Source: Planctomycetota bacterium
GTDB taxonomy: Bacteria > Planctomycetota > JAJSAM01 > JAJVHW01
Length of the DNA stretch: 64,000 nt
Direction of reading: 5' to 3'
Assembly: GCA_965248445.1 (NCBI GenBank)
Contig: CBDFJG010000002.1
Span: forward strand, 448,001-512,000
Translations under genes and position numbers: made by a program
Notes under the pieces: generated by a model
The model's database searches: none
What the model saw: the letters and a program-made list of their open reading frames with translations, nothing else
What the model was told of the DNA's origin: nothing
Shown here: positions 9,752 to 18,282 of the stretch, one piece after another
Position numbering within the stretch: the stretch's first letter is position 1
Layout: each line of letters starts with the position of its first letter

Positions 9752-10455
9752 GAGCAGCCCGGGTCTTTCGCGACTTTGCCTGGACCACGCTGGGGAGCTG
9801 GAGCCAGAGGCGTCGCGTGGTCGCCAAGGCCGAGCACCTGCCGGGCGGCAAGCGCAATCCCCGCTTCGTGGTGACCAATCTGCCGCCTCGTAGCTGGAGC
9901 AGCAAGCGTCTCTACGAGCAGCTCTACTGCGCCCGGGGCGAGGCGGAGAATCGCATCAAGGAGCAGCAGCTCGAGCTCTTCGGCACCCGTCTGTCGGTGC
10001 ACACGATGCAGGGCAACGCCGTGCGGATGGCCATGTCGGCCATGGCCTACGTCCTGACCTGTGCGCTGCGACGCATCGGTCTCGCCGGCACCGAGATGGC
10101 GCGTGCGCAAGCCGGCACGATCCGCCTGCGGCTGCTCAAGATCGGCGCGCTCGTGCGGATCACGACGCGCCGGATCTGGGTCTCGATGTCCTCGTCGTGG
10201 CCCTGGCAGCACGTCTTCGAGCGCTGCGCGCAACGACTGCTGGCATCCCCGAAGCCGACCTGACGTCCCGCCGCGCCGTCCGCCACACCACCGCCCGGCC
10301 TACGGTCTGCCCACACCGCAGAATCCGCGCCGTTTCGGCCGCTCACTCGCGTTGCCCTTGTGGCAACGACGACAGCATCCGCCCTCGCCTGGCCAAGATC
10401 TGACCCTGTGGACTCCGAAAGCACCGTCATCGCGACGTCTCGTGAACAGATGCGG
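9752..10455 (+). mobile_element. IS1380-family remnant (3' part of transposase 9752-10263 plus right end)
   Basis: SW...RRVVAKAEH...NPRFVVTNL...YCARGEAENRIKEQQ...TIRLRLLKIGA. The 5' part is missing at the IS3 junction. The right end near ...cagatgcgg|ctag is approximate. Confidence 0.85.
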
Positions 10456-10839
10456 CTAGTTGGCGTCGTTAGTCAAGGTAACCCCGCCGAACCCAGACTC
10501 GCTCCGAGCTACCGTTCCTTCTTCGGTGGCAGCCCTCGGCGGCAGCCCCCGTCCTTTCCGGATCGCGTTCACGCGTGCGAGCCACTGCTCGGGCGTCAGT
10601 CCGGCCCAGGAGCTCTTGCGGGGCTTCTTCGACTTCGTCCGTGGCTTGGCAGCCTTGCGCGCCGCCTTGGGCTTCCTCGGAGTCGGCTTCCGGCGCTTCG
10701 TCGCCTCGCCGCTCACGAGGGAGCGTACATCCGCGAGCGCCTCTTCGCGGCCCTCCTTGCGTGCGGTCTCGGCCAGTCGCGCGAGTCGGTTACTCAGGTC
10801 GGCAAGAAGGGCGTCGGTGGTATTGGCGGTTCGCGGCAT
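10456..10839 (-). CDS. Small basic protein, possibly nucleoid-associated/histone-like
   Basis: SD ggagg. N-terminal helical segment, Lys/Pro/Ala-rich linker (KRRKPTPRKPKAARKAAKPRTKSKKPRK), C-terminal WAGLTPEQWLARVNAIRKGRGLP. Confidence 0.65.
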   Translation of the reverse strand: MPRTANTTDALLADLSNRLARLAETARKEGREEALADVRSLVSGEATKRRKPTPRKPKAARKAAKPRTKSKKPRKSSWAGLTPEQWLARVNAIRKGRGLPPRAATEEGTVARSESGFGGVTLTNDAN

Positions 10840-10988
10840 GTGGTTCGTTCCTCCGGGGCACCAGGCTTGAGTCGGCCCGGCCCATGTCCCATGTGAAGTC
10901 GCGCATCGTACTGTCTGGTGCCGCTGCCTTGAACGACTCTCCGGAGCCCTCGACGCTCAAGATCAGAGCGCAACCCCGGAGGGGGCTC

Positions 10989-11063
10989 ATGGCGGTGCTG
11001 ACGGTCCAGCAGATCTCGCGCGCGGGGATTGACCCGGCGCTTGACCCCACGGCGGCGGGGGGC
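10989..11063 (+). pseudogene. 5' stub of a gene (MAVLTVQQISRAGIDPALDPTAAGG), possibly phage-derived, cut by IS66
   Basis: SD ggaggggg before ATG 10989. The frame runs into the damaged IS end. Confidence 0.4.
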
Positions 11064-12557
11064 GTTCACCCCTTGACAGCGTGTGAGCCTCAGCGTGCGA
11101 CGGGCAGCGGGACCATGACGGGCGGGTCGGCGCCGGTGAGGTGCGCGGCGACCGAGTCGGCGAGGAAGTCGAAGACTTGGTCGCCACGGCGTCGCAGCGT
11201 GGCCGCGGCGGTCAACACGCGCTCGGCGAAGCGGAGTCCGCGAGCGGACTGGCTTCCGAAGGAGCCCTTGCGCCAGAGCACCGCTTTGCGGACCGCGCGC
11301 TCGGCGGCGTTGTTCGTCGGACTCACGTCCTGGGTCCGCGCATAGGTGAAGAGGGCGACCACGCGGGGGCGCAGATGGTTGGCCAGAGCCGAGTCGTCGT
11401 TCGCGATCAGTCGCTCGAGCCGTCCGCGCAGCACAGCGGCTTCGCCTTGCAGCCGGTCACGGTCGCCGTGCTCACCGAAGAGCCGGTAGCTGCGCATGAC
11501 CGACTGCGCGATCATGACGCCCTTGTTGCCGAAGCGGCGATGTCCTCGCGGGCCTTCGGCCAGCGCACGGAAGGCGCGCTCGATGTGCGCCCAGCAGAGC
11601 TGGCGGCGGGCAAGTGGGTGTGACTCGTAGGCACCCATCCGGTCGCTGATCACCGTGCCACCGAAGCGCCGCCCGATCAGCCGCCCTTTCGCCTTGGCAC
11701 TGCGGCGGCGATCGATCCCGAAGGCTGTGGCGTGCTCGCTCTCCGCCGCCCACAGCCAGCACACCCGGCCCCGTTCCTTCCACGACGTCTCGTCCACGTT
11801 GGCTCGCAGCGACGTGCGGACTGCCCCGAGGGCTTCGAGGTACGACGAGTGCAGAGCGTCACTGAGCCGACGCTCACAGTCGCTGATCTTGCCCAGCGAC
11901 ATCTTCACACCGAAGATCTCACCGAGCAGCCGCTGCGTCTCCCGCACGCTCACGCGGTACACGCCGCGCAGCGCGCCGGCAAGTGTGGTCAGCCGCGGAC
12001 CGAAGGCCCCGGTCGGCACGCCATCGGGCAGGACCGCCGTCGTGACCGCACGACAGCGCCGGCACCGCGCCTTGTGCAGCCGGTGCTCCCGCACCGTGAC
12101 GAGCACGCGCGGGAGCACCGTCACCTGGTGCCGGTACGGATCGCCGATGCCCTGCTCGAGATCGTCGTGTCCGCACGCGTCGCAGAGGTCGGGACGGTGC
12201 TCCTTGGTCTCATCGACGTTGGACGGATCCACCAGCTCGCGCGCCGTGCCCTCATGGCCCGGCTGTCCGCCCTGCTTGCGACCGCTACGCGGCCTTCGGC
12301 CGCGACGGCGCTTGGACCACGCCGGGTCCGACGACGGAGGCCTCGAGCTGTTGCGGGAGTCACGCTTCAGACGCGACTCGAGCTCGTCGATGCGGCGCAG
12401 ATGCTTCGCTTCGCGACGCTCCAGCTCCTCGATCCAGGCCAGAAGGCCCTCGACCATCGCCCGCAGATCCTCGTCCTGCCGCTCGCCCACAACATCTTGA
12501 TCGACCGATGGCCGAACGATCTGGATCCTGGCTCGCGACGAAGGGGTGAACGGTTAC
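11063..12557 (-). mobile_element. IS66-family element, copy 2 (left IR lacks its outer ~5 bp)
   Basis: Matches copy 3 from cgttcacccc onward. The terminal gtaac is replaced by ggggg and there is no TSD. Confidence 0.93.
11090..12490 (-). CDS. IS66-family transposase (TnpC-like)
   Basis: N-terminal coiled coil, NSSRPPSSD, GGQPGHEG, zinc-finger CxxC pairs, DDE motifs VDET / SDR / TNNAAER. Confidence 0.95.
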   Translation of the reverse strand: MGERQDEDLRAMVEGLLAWIEELERREAKHLRRIDELESRLKRDSRNSSRPPSSDPAWSKRRRGRRPRSGRKQGGQPGHEGTARELVDPSNVDETKEHRPDLCDACGHDDLEQGIGDPYRHQVTVLPRVLVTVREHRLHKARCRRCRAVTTAVLPDGVPTGAFGPRLTTLAGALRGVYRVSVRETQRLLGEIFGVKMSLGKISDCERRLSDALHSSYLEALGAVRTSLRANVDETSWKERGRVCWLWAAESEHATAFGIDRRRSAKAKGRLIGRRFGGTVISDRMGAYESHPLARRQLCWAHIERAFRALAEGPRGHRRFGNKGVMIAQSVMRSYRLFGEHGDRDRLQGEAAVLRGRLERLIANDDSALANHLRPRVVALFTYARTQDVSPTNNAAERAVRKAVLWRKGSFGSQSARGLRFAERVLTAAATLRRRGDQVFDFLADSVAAHLTGADPPVMVPLPVAR

Positions 12558-12591
12558 GGACGACGCGGGGCCGGTCGGCGTCACATGGGAG

Positions 12592-13299
12592 TCAGGAGGG
12601 GCTCGGACGCCCCTGGACGAGACGCCGTCCGACCAGACGTCCGCCAACCAGACGAATGATGCGCTGCGTCCAGTCGAGAACGACGGGGTCGTGCGAGGAC
12701 ACGATCACGGTGCAACCGGACTGGTGCAGGTCGGAGAACGTCGCCAGGACCGCCGCAGCGGAGTCGGCATCGAGCGACGACGTCGGCTCGTCGGCCACCA
12801 GCAGCCGCGGTGCGAGCAACAACGCGCGCGCCACGGCGACCCGCTGCCGCTCCCCCGAACTCAATTCCACCGGCCGGCGCAGCGCGAGGTCCGCAATGCC
12901 GACGCGGTCGAGCGCGGCCGTCGCCCGCTCGAATCGCTCGCGGGGCGGCACGCCGAGCGGCACCAGGGCATACGCGACGTTCTCCCAGACCGGCAGGCGA
13001 CGAATGACGGCAGTGTTCTGGAACACGACGCCCGTTGCGCGCGCCAGCTCCGTCCGCGCCCGGCTGCCGAGACTCCCGAGATCGACGCCGTCCCACCTGA
13101 CGCGGCCGCGGGTCGGATGATCGAGTCCGGCCAAGAGCGCAACCAGTGTCGTCTTTCCGGAACCCGAGGGACCGGAGAGACCGACGAACTCACCCGGCCG
13201 GATGTCCGCATTGACGCCTTCGACAGCGATCAGACCGTCTCCGCGACGCGTGCGCAGGCGCTTCGTGAGGTCGTCTGCTTGCACGTGCAGGCCGTTCAT
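12592..13299 (-). CDS. ABC transporter ATP-binding protein (LolD/MacB-like)
   Basis: GPSGSGKT, LSSGERQRV, LLVADEPT and SHD motifs. Start overlaps the permease stop (ATGA). Confidence 0.9.
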   Translation of the reverse strand: MNGLHVQADDLTKRLRTRRGDGLIAVEGVNADIRPGEFVGLSGPSGSGKTTLVALLAGLDHPTRGRVRWDGVDLGSLGSRARTELARATGVVFQNTAVIRRLPVWENVAYALVPLGVPPRERFERATAALDRVGIADLALRRPVELSSGERQRVAVARALLLAPRLLVADEPTSSLDADSAAAVLATFSDLHQSGCTVIVSSHDPVVLDWTQRIIRLVGGRLVGRRLVQGRPSPS

Positions 13300-14516
13300 C
13301 GCATCGCCCTCGCAGCGGGGGCCGATGCAGCGCGCCACGTGGAGTGCAGCGTCCCCACGCCCACCAGGACAGCCGAGAGGATGCAGCCCAGCAGGACGGG
13401 TTCCGGAGTCAGTCGCCAGGGGACACGGAACCCGGGAATTCGATCCGCGCCGGGCAGCAGGACCGGCGCGATGCCCGCGCCGGAGAACAGGTCGAGCCAC
13501 ACGTACGCCGCCAACACGGCGATCGATGCTCCGGCGACCGCGAGGAGAACGCTCTCGACGAACGCGCGGAACAGAAGGGCGTCGGCGCTCCATCCGATCG
13601 CGCGCAGAAGCCCGGCCTCGCGCCGCCGGCCGACGAGCCCCGCCCCCGACGTCACGAGAATCAGCGGGATGCCTACGGCGAACGCGAGGATGAACGGCAA
13701 CTGGAAGAGCGTCTCGCGATCGAGCGAGCGTCGCAGCAGAGCAGCCTGCACGTCATCGCGCGTGCTGACGCGAGCGCGCAGCGCGACCGGCGATGCGGCC
13801 GCTCCGAGTGTGTCGAGCGTCCGGATCCGCCCGGCGATCGCGTCCCGCATCCGCGGCGGACACGTGACGAGCAGCGATGTCACGGTGTCGCCCTCGTCGA
13901 ACACGTTCTGCGCGCTGTCCAAAGAGGTCAGGACGACGTGTGCCTGCCACAACGGAGCGTCGGACGTGAAGACGCCAACCACGCGCGACACTCGCTCCCC
14001 CGCCCGGCTCCGGTAGAACGGCGGGACCGCGTCGCCGACGCGCAGACCGAGTCGCCGGGCCAGTTCGCTGCCGATGACGAGTTCGTTGCGGGACCCGGGC
14101 GCGAACAGCCGGCCCTCGACGCATTCGAGCGTCTCGGGGACGGCGTGTGCCGGCAGGCCGACGACGACCGCGCTCTCCTTCTTCACACCGAGTCGCGCCT
14201 CGCCGACGATGCGCGGGATCACCGCCGTGACGCCGGGCACGCCGCCGACGACCTCGGCCGCCGATCCCGGCAACGGCACCGTGCGACCGAAGCGCGTGGC
14301 CGTCACGAAGAGGTCGGGACCCTCCTGCACCGAGAGGTCGATCTCGTCGCGCAGTCCGTTCGACACGGCCGTGCCCACCAGGTACGGGAGCACGATGGTC
14401 ACGACACAGGCCACCGTGACGGCGCTCCGCAGCGGGTGCAGACTGACGGCTCCGGCGGCCGAGCGGACCAGCTCCACCAGAACGCGAATCGAGCCCCTAC
14501 TCGGTTCGGCGGGCAT
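13296..14516 (-). CDS. ABC transporter permease (FtsX/LolC/E-like)
   Basis: N-terminal TM after LRS, periplasmic EGRLF...ELVIGSELARRLGLRVGD, RRREAGLLRAIGW, three C-terminal TMs. Confidence 0.88.
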   Translation of the reverse strand: MPAEPSRGSIRVLVELVRSAAGAVSLHPLRSAVTVACVVTIVLPYLVGTAVSNGLRDEIDLSVQEGPDLFVTATRFGRTVPLPGSAAEVVGGVPGVTAVIPRIVGEARLGVKKESAVVVGLPAHAVPETLECVEGRLFAPGSRNELVIGSELARRLGLRVGDAVPPFYRSRAGERVSRVVGVFTSDAPLWQAHVVLTSLDSAQNVFDEGDTVTSLLVTCPPRMRDAIAGRIRTLDTLGAAASPVALRARVSTRDDVQAALLRRSLDRETLFQLPFILAFAVGIPLILVTSGAGLVGRRREAGLLRAIGWSADALLFRAFVESVLLAVAGASIAVLAAYVWLDLFSGAGIAPVLLPGADRIPGFRVPWRLTPEPVLLGCILSAVLVGVGTLHSTWRAASAPAARAMR

Positions 14517-14517
14517 C

Positions 14518-14814
14518 TCAGCGATCAGCCGCGCGCGGGAGAACGTGGTCCGGGCAGATCGTCCCGGGACCCGGGAACGGACCGTGACGCAGGTCGCAAG
14601 CCGGGCCGAGACGCGCGTCGAACGCCGTAGTGCAGCGCGACAGGGTCACCGACTGCCCGAGCCCGAGACCTCCAACGGTCGACTGGAAGTCACGGGACGA
14701 CTCGGTCCCTCCCCGCGCCGAGAGCGCGACCGCGACCGACGCGGACACCGCGAGGGCGAGCACGAGCAACAGGATGCGCTCACCCGGTTTCCATCGTTCG
14801 AACGACGGCGTCAC
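14518..14814 (-). CDS. Small membrane-anchored Cys-rich protein (98 aa)
   Basis: GTG start overlaps the upstream TGA and the ORF ends 1 bp before the permease start. One TM, then FQSTVGGLGLG...C...FDARL...C...GPFPG...CPDH. Confidence 0.7.
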   Translation of the reverse strand: MTPSFERWKPGERILLLVLALAVSASVAVALSARGGTESSRDFQSTVGGLGLGQSVTLSRCTTAFDARLGPACDLRHGPFPGPGTICPDHVLPRAADR

Positions 14815-16712
14815 TCCGCCGCCTCTAGCACCTCGTGCAGCCGATCGATTGCCGGCACGACGAAGGTCTGCGTCGCGCCGCTGGGCCACCGGATCCGGCA
14901 ATCGTCGATGCTGTCCGCCGCACCGAGGCCGAAGTGCACCGTCAGCGTGCTCTGTCCGAGGTATCCGCTCGCGCCGGTCACCTGACGCACCTGCGTGCTG
15001 CCCCCGACAGTGACCGTCACGACGGCCCCGATCGCGTCGCGGTTGCTCGTGGTGCCGCGCAGACGCAGCGCGAGCCAGTGGCGCTCGGGGAACTGGTTTC
15101 GATAGAGGTACGGACGCTCGTTGAAGTTGTTCACAACCAGATCCGGCCGACCGTCCACGTCGAAGTCGATCACGGCAGCGCTGCGGGAACTCCGTGCCGC
15201 CGGCTCGTTGCCGATCTTCTCCAGCAGGTACGGGCCGCCCGGCCGCGGCGAGATGCCCTCCTCTTGGTGTCGGTGCGCGAACGTCCCGTCGCCACTGTTC
15301 ATGAGCAGATCGTTGTGCCAGGCGCCGTACGGGTATCCCATGCCGTTCGCCACGAAGGCGTCCTCGTGTCCGTCGAGGTCGTAGTCGGCGGTTGCGATAC
15401 CCCACGGCCAGAGCGTCTCGACGCCCGCGCGGTCGGAGGCCTCCTCGAACTGTCCACTCCCCAGATTGGTGAAGAGCGTGTTGCCGAACAGCACGGACGC
15501 GAGGTCGTCGTCGTCCATGATCAGCAAACGCTCCCGGAACGCCTGGGCGTCCCCCGCGGACATCGAGCCGTCCTCGACCAGCGGGCCCTCAGGGCCGCCG
15601 TACTTGCGCGCCTCCTCGAGCTTGCCCGGCAGCGAGTCGCTCGCCATCCACATGTCGGAGTGCATGTCGACGATCAACAGGTCGAGCAATCCGTCGGAGT
15701 TGTGGTCGAGCACGCGGCAGCCCACAGCGCCCCACGACGTGCGGCCGAGCACGCTCCTCGTGACGTCCGTGAACCGCTTTCCCTCGTCGTTTCGGTAGAG
15801 CGTGCTCGCTCCGAACATGTTCGTCACGAACAGGTCGGGGTCGCCGTCGGCGTCGAAGTCGAACACCGCCACATCGCCGCCCCAGCCGTCCCCCGCGACA
15901 CCGGTCGTTGCCGTCACGTCGGTGAACGTCCCGTCTCCGTCGTTGCGGTAGAAGATGTTCGGTTCGCGCGGACTCCCCACCAGGTCCTGCAATGTGCCTG
16001 GGCCGATGTGGTAACGACCTTCGGGGTCTTCCTGATCGAGAGTCCAGGCAGCCGTGTTCGTGACGAAGAGGTCGAGAAACCCGTCGCCGTCGTAATCGAA
16101 GAAGGTCACTCCCTGCGTGTGACCGACGTGCGACACGCCGGCTGCCGCCGTCACGTCCTCGAAGCGGCCTGTGCCGTCGTTGCGGTAGAGGACGTTCCCG
16201 CCCCGAGTGGAAGCGACGAATAGGTCCTGATCGCCGTCGTTGTCCATATCGGCGAATGATGCGGACGTGCAGATGCGGTCGGCGAGCGCAACACCGGCTC
16301 GCTCGGTGACGTCCTTGAAGGTGCCGTCACCCTGGTTCGTGAACAGGGCGTTCGCGCCGAGTTGGTTCAGGAAGTAGATGTCGTCGAAGCCGTCACCATC
16401 CGCGTCTCCGACGATCACCCCGGCGCCGTGGTCGTAGAGGTTGATCTTGAACAGCTCTCCCTGCTCCCCCGGCAGGAACGACATGTGGAAGTCGAGCCCG
16501 GCTGCCTCCGACACTTCGACAAACCCGGGTTCCCGGTCGCCGGGCGCCGGCGTCGCCGCGTCGTCGTCAGGACTGCATCCGGCCGTCAGTGCGCAGGCCA
16601 GGAGCGTGCTCGCCACCGCCCAGCCCGCCGCGACCGCCACGCGGCTCCTCCGCGGCCGGAATCCGCCGTCCTCCATCTGCCACACCCTCCCGCCATATCT
16701 CCCGGGGGTCAC
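14811..16712 (-). CDS. CRTAC1-family lipoprotein (FG-GAP repeats plus ASPIC/UnbV)
   Basis: Lipobox LTAGC, multiple DxDxDGxxD repeats, C-terminal SNRDAIGA...GYLGQS...VHFGLG...IRWPSG. Confidence 0.9.
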   Translation of the reverse strand: MTPGRYGGRVWQMEDGGFRPRRSRVAVAAGWAVASTLLACALTAGCSPDDDAATPAPGDREPGFVEVSEAAGLDFHMSFLPGEQGELFKINLYDHGAGVIVGDADGDGFDDIYFLNQLGANALFTNQGDGTFKDVTERAGVALADRICTSASFADMDNDGDQDLFVASTRGGNVLYRNDGTGRFEDVTAAAGVSHVGHTQGVTFFDYDGDGFLDLFVTNTAAWTLDQEDPEGRYHIGPGTLQDLVGSPREPNIFYRNDGDGTFTDVTATTGVAGDGWGGDVAVFDFDADGDPDLFVTNMFGASTLYRNDEGKRFTDVTRSVLGRTSWGAVGCRVLDHNSDGLLDLLIVDMHSDMWMASDSLPGKLEEARKYGGPEGPLVEDGSMSAGDAQAFRERLLIMDDDDLASVLFGNTLFTNLGSGQFEEASDRAGVETLWPWGIATADYDLDGHEDAFVANGMGYPYGAWHNDLLMNSGDGTFAHRHQEEGISPRPGGPYLLEKIGNEPAARSSRSAAVIDFDVDGRPDLVVNNFNERPYLYRNQFPERHWLALRLRGTTSNRDAIGAVVTVTVGGSTQVRQVTGASGYLGQSTLTVHFGLGAADSIDDCRIRWPSGATQTFVVPAIDRLHEVLEAAE

Positions 16713-17146
16713 TGCGTCCGGAATGGCCGCGCCTCGCCCGTGAGCACTCTACCGCGGTAGGCGTCTGCGTGCTGTTCCGCCGCCGCCCGATCGGCGAACG
16801 CATGCACCCGGTCACCCGTGGCGGGCTGCGCCAGGATGCGGCTCTGCACGAAGAACGCCTGCCCGGCGTTCACCAGGGCCCCGGACACCGCGTCGGTCAC
16901 CAGGATCCGCTCCGCCTTGTCGCCGGTGGCGTCGAGCCACTCCTCGGCGCACCGTACGCAACAGAACACGTGCGGTGTCCCGTCGGCCGTGACCAGACGC
17001 ACGCGCGGCGCCTCCACGAGTGTGACGCCGTCGGTCTGGCAGCGGTCCCCCCTGGCGCCGCGGAGCAGGGTGCCTGCCACGGGGAGCAGCGCACTCACGG
17101 CGACGACCGCCAACAGCACGAGGGTCGTGCGAAACGCCGTGCTCAC
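16709..17146 (-). CDS. NosL-like (TRASH-like) membrane-anchored protein
   Basis: N-terminal TM, RCQTDG, FCCVRC, VTD..SG.LV.A.QAFFV and HAFADRAAAEQH. GTGA overlaps at both ends. Confidence 0.72.
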   Translation of the reverse strand: MSTAFRTTLVLLAVVAVSALLPVAGTLLRGARGDRCQTDGVTLVEAPRVRLVTADGTPHVFCCVRCAEEWLDATGDKAERILVTDAVSGALVNAGQAFFVQSRILAQPATGDRVHAFADRAAAEQHADAYRGRVLTGEARPFRTQ

Positions 17147-18144
17147 GCGACCCACCAACTCGTCAGGAACAGGGTCACGGCGCCGAGAGTGGCGCCGAGC
17201 GCGTAGTGGTCGAGACGAAGGCTCAACCGTTCCATGTCGCCCATGGCCGGTCCGTCGAGCCAGCGGGCTGATCCTCGCCAGGCCGTCGCGAACAGCGGCG
17301 TCGCGAGCAGCGCGAGACCGAACGTGGACTCCGGTGCATCACTGCCCAGACACGGGATACACCGGTGCAACGGAAGACCTGAGACCGCAGGTGAGACCAC
17401 GTCGTGCACGAACACGAGCCCCGTCGCGAGGAACGCAACTGACAGGCCGATCCGGATGACGTGCGCAGGCGTGCCGATCTCCACGCGGCGCCAGACCGCA
17501 AAACAGGCGCAGAGCAGCGCTGCGACCGCGGCGAACGGCAACGCGCGCACCACCGCGCTCCCGCTCGAGAGCGGTGTCTGCGCGTCCACACCGACGGTGG
17601 CGCTCGACGTTGTGCAGCATCCCGCCGCGAGGAACTGTCCCGTCTTCGGGATCACCACGTAGGCAATCTCCGCGCCCGCGCAGGTAATCGCTGCGGCCGC
17701 GGTCGCGAAGAGAACGGTAGCTCGCACCCCTGTCAGCGCAGCGCCCGGCCGCTCTCGCGCCGCCGTGTGCAAGACAACGGCCAGCCCCGCCACGAACAGG
17801 AAACCGACGTGCAGCCAGCTCGTCGCGTCCGCGAGCGCGGGCAGCCACCCGGTGGCGCCGGTGCTTCCCGTGCCGACCCGCAGGACGCCGGTGATGCACT
17901 GGACCCCGTCCCACTGAGGCACGTAGCTCTGCAGCAACAGGCCCCAGAGCAGCAGAGACGCGAGCGCCACCCCACCGAGCACCACCACGAGCAGGAGCGC
18001 CAACTGCCGGAGTGACTCGGAGCCGTCCCCGCACGCGCGATCCGAGCGGAGCGCCCGCCGCGTGACTCCCGCCAGCACGGCGCCCGTGACGATCTCGATC
18101 ACGGCGACCAGGACGACCAGGATGGCTACGGCGTTGACGATCAT
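17143..18144 (-). CDS. Polytopic membrane protein with Cys motifs
   Basis: About 8 hydrophobic segments, with motifs QCITGV, GCC and HRCIPCL. Confidence 0.75.
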   Translation of the reverse strand: MIVNAVAILVVLVAVIEIVTGAVLAGVTRRALRSDRACGDGSESLRQLALLLVVVLGGVALASLLLWGLLLQSYVPQWDGVQCITGVLRVGTGSTGATGWLPALADATSWLHVGFLFVAGLAVVLHTAARERPGAALTGVRATVLFATAAAAITCAGAEIAYVVIPKTGQFLAAGCCTTSSATVGVDAQTPLSSGSAVVRALPFAAVAALLCACFAVWRRVEIGTPAHVIRIGLSVAFLATGLVFVHDVVSPAVSGLPLHRCIPCLGSDAPESTFGLALLATPLFATAWRGSARWLDGPAMGDMERLSLRLDHYALGATLGAVTLFLTSWWVA

Positions 18145-18282
18145 GTGCTCGCTCGCTCACTCCCGTCGTGTGCGCGGCAAGGAGGCCGGTTCACCCTCCC
18201 ACGGCGCCACGGCGCTCCGTCAGGGCTTTCGACGCACGGACTGAACGCGGGGTTTCCTCGATGGGCTGCGGCCACCTCGGCG

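Noticed and set aside
11029..11048. ttgaccc x2 as integrase arm sites
   Set aside because: They fall inside the coding stub (IDPALDP) and are explained by the repeated Asp-Pro codons.
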